Below, in pieces: positions 47,934 through 58,678 of a DNA stretch of 64,000 nucleotides (its first letter is position 1; every line of letters begins with the position of its first letter). The position numbers and the translations under genes are program-made. The stretch spans positions 71,901 through 135,900 of the forward strand of contig QOQW01000007.1 in assembly GCA_003327425.1 (NCBI GenBank), in the 5' to 3' direction. The DNA is from Candidatus Ozemobacter sibiricus. GTDB taxonomy: Bacteria > Muiribacteriota > Ozemobacteria > Ozemobacterales > Ozemobacteraceae. The notes under the pieces are model-generated. The model worked only from the letters and a program-made list of their open reading frames with translations. It was not told where the DNA came from and searched no databases.

Positions 47934-50900
47934 TCAGCGCAGGACGGCGAGCTTGTGGGTGACCTTCACCTTGCGTTCTCCATTGTCAGGGTCGCGGACG
48001 GTGATGCGGGCCAGGTAGAGGCCGTTGGCCACGGTCTTGCCATCTTTGTTGCGGAGATCCCAGACGAGGTCCTGCACCAGTCGCCCGCCGATCAAGCGGC
48101 TGCTGATGGCCAGCTGCTCGGTGCCGGCCACCCGGTGGCCGGCCACGTCGTAGATGCCGACCTCGAAGGCCTCGGGATCGAGCCGCCGGTTGGTGCTCAC
48201 GCGCAGGGTCGTGCGCTGGACGGCCGGGTTCGGGAACTGGACGATCTCGTGGATGGCCAGCGGGGGCAGCACCTGGAACCGGAGGGCGGGCGTGACGGTC
48301 ACGTTGCCGGCCCGGTCGCTCGCCTTCAGACGGATCGTATGGTCGCCGCCGACCAGCGGAACGAGCGGGACGAAGGAGAACCGGGTGCCATCGGCGCTGA
48401 GGGTGCCGTCCTGTTCGACCTCGTCGAGGACCGCTTTGAGGCTCTCGGGAGCGAGACCCGAGCCCAGCTCGACCAGTTTCCATTCGAAGGTGGGGCGATC
48501 TTCCCGAAGGGGTCGATCGGTCGGAATCGTGGTGAGCAGCGAGGCGCGCGGGGCGAGCCGGTCGCGCAGCAGGGCGAAGGTGCCGCCGTCGGCGACGCGA
48601 GCCCGCAATCGGTCGCCGGTGCGGCTGGTGGGTACCAGTTGCCAGCCGCCGTCCGGGACCAGGCGGTAGAGGGCGGTGTCGGCGGGCAGGCTGCCGGTGC
48701 CGACCTGCAGGTCGATCTCGATCGGGCCGGCCAGGCGGCCGGCCGGGATGGCCAGAGCATAGCCGAGGTCGACGGGGGCCAGCTCCTCGTTGAGGATCTC
48801 GCCGGCGGCGAGCCGGATCGCCAGGGCGCGGGCTGCCTCGAGCGGGGCCAGGGAACCGCTCCGGAGCGCAGCGGCCAGGCCATCGCCACCCATGCCGGTC
48901 GATCCGATGGCCACGGGGGAGACGGTGACCAGCGAATCCTGTTTCAGCGTGCCGGGCTCGAAGGTCGCCGCGAACTTCTCATCGGGTGAGCGGACCTGGG
49001 CCCGGATCGACGCATTGACCACGGCGATCGAGAAGGTCAGCGTCGTGGTCGTCGTATTGCCTTTGACATCCCGGGCGACCACCTGGATGGTGGCGACTCC
49101 CTGCTTGTTGCGATCAAGGTGGGTGCCGCCGAGGTAGAGATACGGAGTGGGGCCGCCGTTGAGGGTGATGGCGACGGCGGTACCGCCGCTCTGGGTGATG
49201 GTGGCGGTGGGAGCGGCACCGAGAGGTTCGTTGACCAGCACGGCGACCGAGATGTCATACTCGTTGGCGGGGTTGCTGAAGACTGAAACCTTGACCTGGG
49301 GCGGGGTGACGTCCTGGCCCTGGAAGGTGAGGCGGGTGGTGGCGCCGTCGCTGCGGTTCTTGAACAGGTCTTCCACGCCGCTGGCGCTGATCGTGTAGTT
49401 CACACCCTCGCGGAGGTCTTCGAGCGCGGTGATCCGCACCGACTTGTTGTCGGAGCGCATGGTGATGGCGCTGATGGTGATGGTGCCGGTGCTCGACTGC
49501 AGGATGTAATTGCCGATGTTGGTGGCCGAAGAGGCGGTCACCTGTTCGTCATAGACAATGTTCACCTGCTTCTGGCTGGTAATGCCGTCGAACGTGAAGT
49601 TGACCATCAGGGGGGCCTGGGTGTCGGCGGTGAACTGGGCTCGATCGTAGCCGCTCTGGATGGTGGCGCCATCCGCGCTCAGCATGCCGGCGAGCGCCTG
49701 GATGGTGTACAGGGTGTTGTGGGTGAAGGCCTCGCCGAAGGTCAGGGTCACCTCCTTGCCGTCGACGGTTGTTGAATTCGGTTTGACCGCCGTGGGGAGG
49801 ACCGAGCTGGTCAGGTCGAAGTTGCCGGGAAGGGCGGAGGTGGGGTTGACATCGTGGGAGAAGCTCACGCGGACCGAGGTCTTGTCGATCTGTGTGGCGC
49901 CGGTGACCCGGAAAGGCGAGGTGACGACCGTGATGTCTTTGAAGACATCGGACTGGTTCTCCGCCAGATCCAGGACGTGAATGCGGTAGACGCCGTCAGG
50001 AACCAGGATGCCCTTGTTGTCTTTGCCATCCCACTCGGCGATCAAGCGTGGCAGCGTGCCGCGAGTCTGGATGTCCCGGATGATCGAGCCTCCAGAGAGG
50101 ATCCGGATCAAGGCGCCGCCATCGCCGAGCGAGGCATCGGTGGTCGACACCTGGATGGTCAAAGAGCTGACATTGGGATTGAACCGATCGGCCGGGGCGC
50201 CGCGAGCGAAGGTGTCGATGGCGATATCTTCAGGCTTGCGGGTGTCGATGACCAGCGTCGCTGAACTGGGAGCGCCGGCCATGGGCACGCCGACGTTGCC
50301 GGCCGCATCGACGACGTAGAGGGCGTATTCGTCATCCGGAATGAGCGAGTTGTTGGGTGGCGGCAGCCGGCCGTCCCAGCTGATCGTATAGCCGGAACCG
50401 GCGATGGGGGCCAGGTAGAGGGCGGTCGTGGCGAGGGGCGGGTTGATCCTGGCGACGGCCAGGCGCAGGGTCTGGTTGGCCAGCGGGCCGAACACGTCGA
50501 TCTTGGCGAAGCCCTTGACCACCGGGCTGAAGTAGGCCTTGCCGCCATAAACGTTGATGTTGCCGAAGCGCCAGAACTGCACCGTCGGGTATTCGCCATC
50601 GTAGATCACCGTGGCGCGGCGGGAACCCTCGTTCCCTTGGACGTCGTAGAAGCGCAGTTCATAGGTTTTGGTGCGGCGGCTGATGGGCAGCACATCGAGG
50701 TTGCCATCCCACAGGGCGACGTATTCCCCTGAGATCAGGTCGAGGCGCATCGGCACCGATCCGAGGTTGGTGCTGCCTTCGAAGAAGTTGACCCGTGAGG
50801 GAGTGGCGAGACCCGAACCGTCGAGGGTGACGGCGATGGTGGCGAGGGAGGGCGAGACATATGGGCTGAACGGCTGGTTCAGCAAGATCTGGTTGGGATC

Positions 50901-53900
50901 GACGGTTTCCTGGATGGTGCGGATGTTGATCGCATTGATGACCGGGCCTTTCGACCGGATGTCGACGCTGCCGATGGTCGTGCGGTCATGCGGGTTGGTG
51001 GCCTCGTCGCGGCCGCCGGTCACCTCATACTGAGCCGGTCCTTGCGGGGTGTATTCGTTGAAGGGCTGGTTGTTCTTGAACCAGGCCTTGCGCGGATCGG
51101 CATCCCATTGCACGAACGTGAAGGTCATCACGGCGATGCCGCCCTGCTTGAGTACCAGAACGGGTTGAACGCCGGCGGTGCGGTCCATCGGCTCGTCGAA
51201 CGTCACGCAGAAGGTGGCGACATTCGCTGGCATGATCGGAATGATGCCTTCCGGCGAGACGCTGGCGACCTGCGGGCGACGATTGTCGATGTAGGGGCGC
51301 CGGGGGTCGTTCTTGAACCCTCGGATGTTGGTTTCATCCTTGTCGAGCAGGTTGTAGGTCAGGGTGGCGGCTTCCGAACCGAGGCTGCCGTCCCAGAAGA
51401 TGTGTCGGAAGTTGTTGACCTGGACGTAGGTCGGCACCCGTTGCAAGGTGCCATTGCTGAACGAGGAATCGTTGAGGAAGCGGGCCCCGGTGTAGGTGTA
51501 GGCGCCCATTCTCTGGTCGAACCAGCCCAGGAATTGCACCGGGGCGTCGATGGGCGTGCCGTCATCCGTGTAGAATCGCAGTTCGGGCGTCGTGCTGCGA
51601 TCGATCGGGATGAACACGTTGCCGGAGATGGTCGCGGTGTCGAAGGTCACCTCGAAGGTGAGCAGGCCAGGCTCGAACCCCTTGAGGAGATGGGCATTGG
51701 CCCCGAGCGTGTGTTTGGCCGGGTCGATCAACGGACTCATGGCCAGGGTGCGGATGGTGGCCGGGCCGTAGCCGATGGGCAGGTTGATCGTCGTGATCTC
51801 CACCGCCGTGTTGCCGGCGGCCGGGTAGCGCAGCGAGTCGTTGCCCCACAGATCCTTGAAGGCCCCGCCTTCGCAGGCGATATGGAACCGTCGGGTGGCC
51901 CAGCTCAGCATGATGTCGAGCGCTGCCGGTTTGAGCGGGATCTGCACCGCGGTCGAGGCGTAACTGGTGTTGAGGATTTTATAGGCCGCGTAGTCGACCA
52001 TGGTGTCGTTGAGGGGGAAATACCCGCCGGTGCCATCGGCGTTCTTGTACAAATAGACCTTCGAGAGATTGATGGGCAGATCGCGGCTCAGTTCGATCAC
52101 TTCTTTGAGCGCTTTGTAGCCATCGTTGTAGAGCCGGGCCCGGCGCGTATCCGGCGTGCTCTGGAACTCGATGGTCAACAAGGGAGTGGGCCCCGACAGG
52201 TCGAGAGCGGTGCGCTGGATGGAAAAGCCGGTGCGCAGGGGAATGAGCTGACCGGCGGTGGCATTCTGATAGGTCAGGGGAACCACGCGGTTGCCCTGGA
52301 AGTCGCGGATCAACGGCGGGTTGTTGTCGTCGATCTGCATATGGAACACGGTGCCGTTGCGCCCATAGTTCAGGGCGATCCAGTCCTGCGCTTCCTGCGA
52401 CAGGCGCAGTTTGATCCGACGCGAGGTGTCGAGCCCTTCGACCGTATCCTGGGCGGCGGTCCAGTAGAAACGATACCGGTTGGCGTAGGTATCGTCGGGG
52501 TTGCCGCGGTTCCGCCAGATGGCGAGGGCTTTCAAAGTGTCCGTCCCGATGGTGGTCAGGTCCATGTCTTTATCGAAATCGAGATAGAGGAACTGGGCAT
52601 CGGTCGGGTTGTCGGCGCGGTAGAACCCATTGATCAGGAGGGGGCGGGAGGCGTAGTCCTGGGTGATGATGATGCTGGTGGTGGCCACCGGATGGGGCAG
52701 CGGGCGCAGCCAGTTGCCGGCCACATCCGAAGCGATGGCCCGGTTGCCGGCCGGCGGCGGGGCGGACGGGGCTTCCCCATCGACGGTGTTGAAGCCCATC
52801 GAGAGGTAGAGGTTGGTGCGGCCCCAGTCGGCGATCAGCCCCTTCGATTCCGAGCCGAGCTGGATGTTGACCACCGCCGAGTCTTCCGTTTCCAGGACGA
52901 AGTCGTTGGGGTTGAGGGCGATCGTGCGGTCAGGCAACAACAGAGAATTGCTGGGGCGGTTGCCGATCCGGATGAGGGTCTGGTCGAGGCCCCGACCGCT
53001 GCCTTCCCAGGTCGGTTCGAGATCGAGGGGTTCGCTGAACCGCAGGGTCAGGACGGAGCCATCATACGCGGCGTTCTGCAAGAAGGGGCGGGTGGTATCC
53101 ACCGCCAGGTCGACATCGGCGAAGGCGCGGTTGCCAGAGGGATCGCGCACCCAGAGCCGGAAGGTGTAGGTGCCCAGCTCGATGGTCGGGGTGGCGAGCA
53201 AGAAGGGCAGAGACGTGCGGGTCCAGGATTGACCCACGGGGGTCTGGGTCAGAAGGTAGGTGGTGCTGCCCAGCACCGGCGACAGGTCGACCCAGGCGCG
53301 GCCCTGGCCGGTGAAATCGGTGAAGGTCGCGATGGTGAGCGAGGCGATGATCGAGTCGTTGGGCTGGCCATCGCCACGAGTGGGCGGGAAGCCATCGGCG
53401 ATGTTGGCCACCCAGTTCTGCAGGTTCTGCGGGGTGGCGATGAGCATCTGGGCAGCGGTGATGACCGGCGGGTTGGTGTCGATGGTCAGGGTGGCCGGGT
53501 TCAAGCTCGCCATGGCGCCGAAGTTGTCGGCATCATCCGAGACATGGAAGTCGATCCGCAGATTGCCGGCGGCTCGATCGATCCGCGGCCAGATCGATTC
53601 CCCGCCGGTAGCGATCGTGAAGGTGGCTTCCCAGTCCTTGGTGATGTCATACTTCGACAGGAACGTCCGATAGAGCTCACGGCCGCTCGGCCTCTCATAG
53701 AGGATGGCGGTGACCGACCCCGGATCGGAGAAGTCTTCGATGGTGGCCACGACCCGAATGGTGTCGCCGATGTTCAGGGCATCGGAAGCGACATTGTCGC
53801 CGCCGTCATCCACCAGGTGAAGGGCCACTTTCGAGAAATACGGCACCTGCGTGTCGATCCCGAATGGATTGCTGGGATCGCAGACGACGGTCGAGGTGGC

Positions 53901-56900
53901 CAGGGCGATGGCGAAGGTGTCGGGGTGGCAGACCTTGACGGCGAAACTGGCGACCGGGGTATCCGTTCTGCTCTTCTCGACGATGAAGGTGCGGGAATAG
54001 AGGAAGGGGCCACCGCTGCCGATGGCCGCCTGGTACTGCAACGCGGCCCAATAGGTGTTGAAATTGCCATCGAAATAGGCCGAGATCTCGTCATCGCTGG
54101 GGTTGTTGACGATGCTGCGCACATCGACCAGCACGGGGGCCGGCGGGGCGTTAGCGGCGTTGAAGGCCGAGTTCAGCATGACCGTGATCTTGACGGCATC
54201 GCGGTTGCCGGCCGCGTCGGGGGCATTGGCGATGCGGTTGGGCAGCCCGATCGGCACGTTGTCGGAGGCCAGATCGCACCGGGATTCAGGGAATCCCATG
54301 ATGCTAGGTTTCTTCGACAGGAAGCGGATGGTGTTGGTATAGCCGACCGCCTGGTTGCCCGATTGGTCGTAGATCAGGATGGGCAGGGAAGATAGCGTGC
54401 CCAGACCAGCGGGAACGGTCCAGTCGAGGGTGTACTCGTTGGGGCCGCCCGGCGGGAAGAAGATCGGCGAGGGAGGCGGCAGGCCATTGTCCAGGTAGAG
54501 CGTGGTCAGATCGAGCTGCGGCAGGATGCCGTCGTGATTGCTGCACCGGACCTTGATCCGGATGACGTCGAGTTCGTTGGCCTCGTTCTGCCGGCCGTTG
54601 TCGACCACCCACGAGATCGGATAGACCTGGATGGTCGGCGGGAAGTTGTCGATCAGCAACGCCGGCGTGCTGGTGGCCGTGGTGACGTTGCCATTGACGT
54701 CGGTGAGGGTCGCCTGGAAGTAGATGTATTCACGATTGGTCGAGCCTACGATCGGAGAGAAGGAGGCAACGGCCGTCCAGCCACCCGGAATGGCGGTGAC
54801 CGGCATGACGCGAGCTGTATCGCTGTAGCCGAGCGGGCGCAGATCGACGGTCAGTTGCCCAAAATCGGTGGGGTTGCCGCTCATCTGCACGCTCAAGCGC
54901 ACGACATCGGTCGCATACTGGGGGTAGGTGGTGAAATAGCCATCGAGGTCGACCACCGTGTTGCCGTTGTTGTCGAAGGTCTGGGCCGCCTGGAAGCCCG
55001 TGATGACCAAGGGCTTGTTGTCGATGAACAGAGCTTCGGTGTTGCGCCAGACACGATTGCCGGCATTGTCGGTGATCTGGACGACGAAGGAGGTCATGAC
55101 GCCGTCCGTGTTCCCTGTCAGCACGGTCTGGGTGAACCCGTACAGGCCATCGCCCGGGGCACCGTCGTCATGAGCGCCGTCATCGTACAAGATCTGCAGG
55201 GCGCTGCCGCCAAGGGCGCTCAGGTTGACCACCGGGGTCCCGCCATCGAGGCGGGTGATCTCCACGGCCGCGGTGATAGTCACTTTGTCGCCGACATTGA
55301 CCACCGTCGAGCTGCCCACCAGGTTCTGGAAGGTGGCCGAGGCGTAGTGCAACACGGGCGGGAGACAGTCGACCTCGAACGTCCCCGACAGGGAATTCAT
55401 GGTATTGCCCGCTTTATCGGAGACCACCGCGCGGAAGACGTAGGAAGGATTTTCCACTGTGGCACTGGCGCAGTCGTGGATCAGATAATAGCGTCCGAGA
55501 GTGATGTCGTAGTTCATCAGGGTGGCACTGGATCCACCCACCAGCGACAGATCGATGGTGCAGGTGCCCATGTCGGGGTCGGCCACCGGGACGATGAACT
55601 CGAGGCGGTCGCCGATGTTCACGGCGCCTGATTTGGTCAGATCGGTCAAGAAATTGACCGTCATGGGGCCGGCCACGGGCCGGAAATTGTCGATCGGTAC
55701 AAGGATGCCCCGACTGTCCGTATTGCCGGCATTGTCTCGGGCGATCGCGACGAACGTCGTGTCGATATTGTGCGACCCTGCTCCGACGACGATGGTGTGG
55801 GTGAAAGTGCCCACCCCGTCGTAGGTGAGCGCTTGATTGCTGTTTCCACCGATCCCTGAGAGGTTCATGGTGACGGTGGTCCCATCGTAGGGGACGGCTC
55901 CTGAGCTGGCGATGCCGACGTGGAAGGTGAGCGTGTCGCCGATGCGCACATAGGGATGCGCCGGCGAGAGGGGGGGGCTCACGGTAAAGGTCGCCGCGAG
56001 AATGACGGGCGGCTCGTTATCGATGGCCAGGAAGTTGGTATCGGTGAAGGCGGTGTTGCCAGCATCATCGGAGACGTAGATGCGGTAGGATTTCGAGGTG
56101 TCGATGGCCGAGCACAGGCCGCCGGGGGGGGCGATGGTGTGCTCGATACGGTAGGTGGAGCCGCCCGCTGGCGACAACGTGGCGCTGGCCGCGCCGCCGA
56201 CCTGGCAGAGATCGGTCCAGACCGTCCCGCCGTCGAGATTGGCGACGCTGGCCTGGATGCCGATGATGTCGCCGAGCTTGGCGGCGCCACCGCCGGTCGT
56301 CACCTTCTGCAACTGCCCTCCCGAAATGGTGGGAGGCAGGTTATCCACATAGATGACGGGCAAGGTATACGTGTAGACAGTGTTGTTGGCCTTGTCGGTG
56401 GCCTTGAGGGTGAACGCGCGCGGGATGTTGTTCTCGGAGGTGTATTGGAAGACATCGAAGTAGAGTTCGAAGGTGGTCGACCCGGGCCGGATCGGCACGA
56501 TCTGATTGGTGACGCCCCCGATGCCTGAAAAGTCGATGGTGAGGGTCACATCATCGAAGAGCTGGGACAGATTGCCATAGATATGGAGCGTATCGCCGAT
56601 GATGGCGGTGATGCCGTCGAGCACCCCGCCGCGCTCGATGATCCGGATGTTCGCTTCGGCGAACCCCGGCGGAATGGTATCGAAGGCGAGCGCGTTCGAA
56701 TACCGGGTGAATTCGTTGCCGGCATCATCGCGGGCCCGCACCGAGAACCGCACGAAGTTGCTGTCGAGGTTGGTGCCAGAGGCCACAACCAGCTCGAATT
56801 CGTAGGTGGCCGTCGTTCCGTTGACGGACACGCGCGTCATTTCTTCCTCCCCGCCGGGGAGGAGGATCGAATGAGAGGCATACAGCCGATCGTTGTCGTA

Positions 56901-57722
56901 ATTCCGAATGATGGCCACCAGGCGCAAGCGATCGCCGGCTCGCACATACGGTGTGCCGCTGAGATTGGTCAGGGTGCAGGACTGGAATTCCGGCAGGCGG
57001 GTGTCGTAGCTGATGGCGGCGGCGTAGGTGGAGCGGTTGCCCGCGTCGTCGATGGCCAGCACCGAGAAGGTATCGCCGTTCCGCTCCCGATTGGCGGGAA
57101 TCACCTGATCGAAGGAGAAGGCGCCAGCCAGACCGCGGGTCAGCGGAACGTTGGTTCCCAGGCCCAGGTTGGTGAGGTCGGCATAGACTTTGAGGCGGCT
57201 GACATCGCCCGACAGCGCGTCGATGTCGGTGAACTGCATGGTGAATCGCAGTCGATCGCCGTTCTTGTAGATTCCGGCATCACCGGTGGGAGCGGTCGGA
57301 TCGAGCACGATTCCCAGGTCGCATTGGGGGCGTTGCAGGTCGACCACGATCGAGTTGCCGGCGATGACGCGACCATCGTCATCCCAGAAGTAGGGCTGGA
57401 GCACGCTGTCGAAGGCGCGGGCGACGTTGGCGGAAAAGATGGCGCTGTAGTAGTTCGAGACGATGTTCGGCAGGTAGAACCGCGAATTCCCCAACGCCGA
57501 GAGATCGACATACGGGGTGAATCCGGCGGTGACATTGGTCGCCCGGCACGAGAAGGTCATCGAATCCCCGATGCCGACGATCCCGTCACCATTGGCATCG
57601 TAGGTGTGATCGATGGTAGGATTGAGGATGGCGGCCCAGCTGGGAATGCTGACCAGAAGCCACCAAAGCAAGATCCCCGCCAGCCGGCAACTGCTCCGAG
57701 GTCGGATCGTCGGTCTGCTCAT
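47934..57722 (-). CDS. Giant secreted surface protein (~3260 aa) with many Big_5/Ig-like repeats and a T9SS type-A C-terminal sorting domain
   Basis: Signal peptide MSRPTIRPRSSCRLAGILLWWLLVSIPSWAA. Dozens of ~100-aa repeats carrying (D/N)LSxxGG and FSEP(L/M)D / D.AGN motifs. C-terminal 90 aa (FPNPAVQRTTLRV…IYDVAGHRV…WDLRNKDGKTVANGLYLARI…KLAVLR) matches the Por secretion-tail consensus. Confidence 0.8.
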   Translation of the reverse strand: MSRPTIRPRSSCRLAGILLWWLLVSIPSWAAILNPTIDHTYDANGDGIVGIGDSMTFSCRATNVTAGFTPYVDLSALGNSRFYLPNIVSNYYSAIFSANVARAFDSVLQPYFWDDDGRVIAGNSIVVDLQRPQCDLGIVLDPTAPTGDAGIYKNGDRLRFTMQFTDIDALSGDVSRLKVYADLTNLGLGTNVPLTRGLAGAFSFDQVIPANRERNGDTFSVLAIDDAGNRSTYAAAISYDTRLPEFQSCTLTNLSGTPYVRAGDRLRLVAIIRNYDNDRLYASHSILLPGGEEEMTRVSVNGTTATYEFELVVASGTNLDSNFVRFSVRARDDAGNEFTRYSNALAFDTIPPGFAEANIRIIERGGVLDGITAIIGDTLHIYGNLSQLFDDVTLTIDFSGIGGVTNQIVPIRPGSTTFELYFDVFQYTSENNIPRAFTLKATDKANNTVYTYTLPVIYVDNLPPTISGGQLQKVTTGGGAAKLGDIIGIQASVANLDGGTVWTDLCQVGGAASATLSPAGGSTYRIEHTIAPPGGLCSAIDTSKSYRIYVSDDAGNTAFTDTNFLAIDNEPPVILAATFTVSPPLSPAHPYVRIGDTLTFHVGIASSGAVPYDGTTVTMNLSGIGGNSNQALTYDGVGTFTHTIVVGAGSHNIDTTFVAIARDNAGNTDSRGILVPIDNFRPVAGPMTVNFLTDLTKSGAVNIGDRLEFIVPVADPDMGTCTIDLSLVGGSSATLMNYDITLGRYYLIHDCASATVENPSYVFRAVVSDKAGNTMNSLSGTFEVDCLPPVLHYASATFQNLVGSSTVVNVGDKVTITAAVEITRLDGGTPVVNLSALGGSALQILYDDGAHDDGAPGDGLYGFTQTVLTGNTDGVMTSFVVQITDNAGNRVWRNTEALFIDNKPLVITGFQAAQTFDNNGNTVVDLDGYFTTYPQYATDVVRLSVQMSGNPTDFGQLTVDLRPLGYSDTARVMPVTAIPGGWTAVASFSPIVGSTNREYIYFQATLTDVNGNVTTATSTPALLIDNFPPTIQVYPISWVVDNGRQNEANELDVIRIKVRCSNHDGILPQLDLTTLYLDNGLPPPSPIFFPPGGPNEYTLDWTVPAGLGTLSSLPILIYDQSGNQAVGYTNTIRFLSKKPSIMGFPESRCDLASDNVPIGLPNRIANAPDAAGNRDAVKITVMLNSAFNAANAPPAPVLVDVRSIVNNPSDDEISAYFDGNFNTYWAALQYQAAIGSGGPFLYSRTFIVEKSRTDTPVASFAVKVCHPDTFAIALATSTVVCDPSNPFGIDTQVPYFSKVALHLVDDGGDNVASDALNIGDTIRVVATIEDFSDPGSVTAILYERPSGRELYRTFLSKYDITKDWEATFTIATGGESIWPRIDRAAGNLRIDFHVSDDADNFGAMASLNPATLTIDTNPPVITAAQMLIATPQNLQNWVANIADGFPPTRGDGQPNDSIIASLTIATFTDFTGQGRAWVDLSPVLGSTTYLLTQTPVGQSWTRTSLPFLLATPTIELGTYTFRLWVRDPSGNRAFADVDLAVDTTRPFLQNAAYDGSVLTLRFSEPLDLEPTWEGSGRGLDQTLIRIGNRPSNSLLLPDRTIALNPNDFVLETEDSAVVNIQLGSESKGLIADWGRTNLYLSMGFNTVDGEAPSAPPPAGNRAIASDVAGNWLRPLPHPVATTSIIITQDYASRPLLINGFYRADNPTDAQFLYLDFDKDMDLTTIGTDTLKALAIWRNRGNPDDTYANRYRFYWTAAQDTVEGLDTSRRIKLRLSQEAQDWIALNYGRNGTVFHMQIDDNNPPLIRDFQGNRVVPLTYQNATAGQLIPLRTGFSIQRTALDLSGPTPLLTIEFQSTPDTRRARLYNDGYKALKEVIELSRDLPINLSKVYLYKNADGTGGYFPLNDTMVDYAAYKILNTSYASTAVQIPLKPAALDIMLSWATRRFHIACEGGAFKDLWGNDSLRYPAAGNTAVEITTINLPIGYGPATIRTLAMSPLIDPAKHTLGANAHLLKGFEPGLLTFEVTFDTATISGNVFIPIDRSTTPELRFYTDDGTPIDAPVQFLGWFDQRMGAYTYTGARFLNDSSFSNGTLQRVPTYVQVNNFRHIFWDGSLGSEAATLTYNLLDKDETNIRGFKNDPRRPYIDNRRPQVASVSPEGIIPIMPANVATFCVTFDEPMDRTAGVQPVLVLKQGGIAVMTFTFVQWDADPRKAWFKNNQPFNEYTPQGPAQYEVTGGRDEATNPHDRTTIGSVDIRSKGPVINAINIRTIQETVDPNQILLNQPFSPYVSPSLATIAVTLDGSGLATPSRVNFFEGSTNLGSVPMRLDLISGEYVALWDGNLDVLPISRRTKTYELRFYDVQGNEGSRRATVIYDGEYPTVQFWRFGNINVYGGKAYFSPVVKGFAKIDVFGPLANQTLRLAVARINPPLATTALYLAPIAGSGYTISWDGRLPPPNNSLIPDDEYALYVVDAAGNVGVPMAGAPSSATLVIDTRKPEDIAIDTFARGAPADRFNPNVSSLTIQVSTTDASLGDGGALIRILSGGSIIRDIQTRGTLPRLIAEWDGKDNKGILVPDGVYRIHVLDLAENQSDVFKDITVVTSPFRVTGATQIDKTSVRVSFSHDVNPTSALPGNFDLTSSVLPTAVKPNSTTVDGKEVTLTFGEAFTHNTLYTIQALAGMLSADGATIQSGYDRAQFTADTQAPLMVNFTFDGITSQKQVNIVYDEQVTASSATNIGNYILQSSTGTITISAITMRSDNKSVRITALEDLREGVNYTISASGVEDLFKNRSDGATTRLTFQGQDVTPPQVKVSVFSNPANEYDISVAVLVNEPLGAAPTATITQSGGTAVAITLNGGPTPYLYLGGTHLDRNKQGVATIQVVARDVKGNTTTTTLTFSIAVVNASIRAQVRSPDEKFAATFEPGTLKQDSLVTVSPVAIGSTGMGGDGLAAALRSGSLAPLEAARALAIRLAAGEILNEELAPVDLGYALAIPAGRLAGPIEIDLQVGTGSLPADTALYRLVPDGGWQLVPTSRTGDRLRARVADGGTFALLRDRLAPRASLLTTIPTDRPLREDRPTFEWKLVELGSGLAPESLKAVLDEVEQDGTLSADGTRFSFVPLVPLVGGDHTIRLKASDRAGNVTVTPALRFQVLPPLAIHEIVQFPNPAVQRTTLRVSTNRRLDPEAFEVGIYDVAGHRVAGTEQLAISSRLIGGRLVQDLVWDLRNKDGKTVANGLYLARITVRDPDNGERKVKVTHKLAVLR

Positions 57723-57816
57723 ACAACCGTCCTCCACGGCCAAAAAGCCATGAAAATAGAATGCTCCAGGTCAAACCATCGGCACCTCTGGGGAAAACCC
57801 ATAGGGAGAAGAATCG

Positions 57817-57862
57817 AAAAACCCTTAAAATCGACCGCCCGGGTCGTCTGACCCGGGCGGTC
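57817..57862 (-). terminator. Intrinsic terminator after lipoprotein gene (13-bp stem GACCGCCCGGGTC/GACCCGGGCGGTC, loop GTCT, then T-tract)
   Basis: On the minus strand the hairpin (57833..57862) is followed by GATTTTAAGGGTTTTTCG; lies between lipoprotein-2 stop (57908) and giant-1 start (57722). Confidence 0.6.
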
Positions 57863-57907
57863 CTCCCTAACTCCCTTTCCCTGACTCCCTTTCCTTGTGC
57901 CGCCTTC

Positions 57908-58674
<767 letters not shown>

Positions 58675-58678
<4 letters not shown>

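Noticed and set aside
50988-54395. 1135-aa plus-strand ORF (and others, e.g. 59890..62448, 54534..55631) antisense to the giant surface-protein genes
   Set aside because: Repetitive Gly/Arg/Asp-rich pseudo-protein mirroring the GC-rich codons of the real minus-strand genes; no start context, no motifs.
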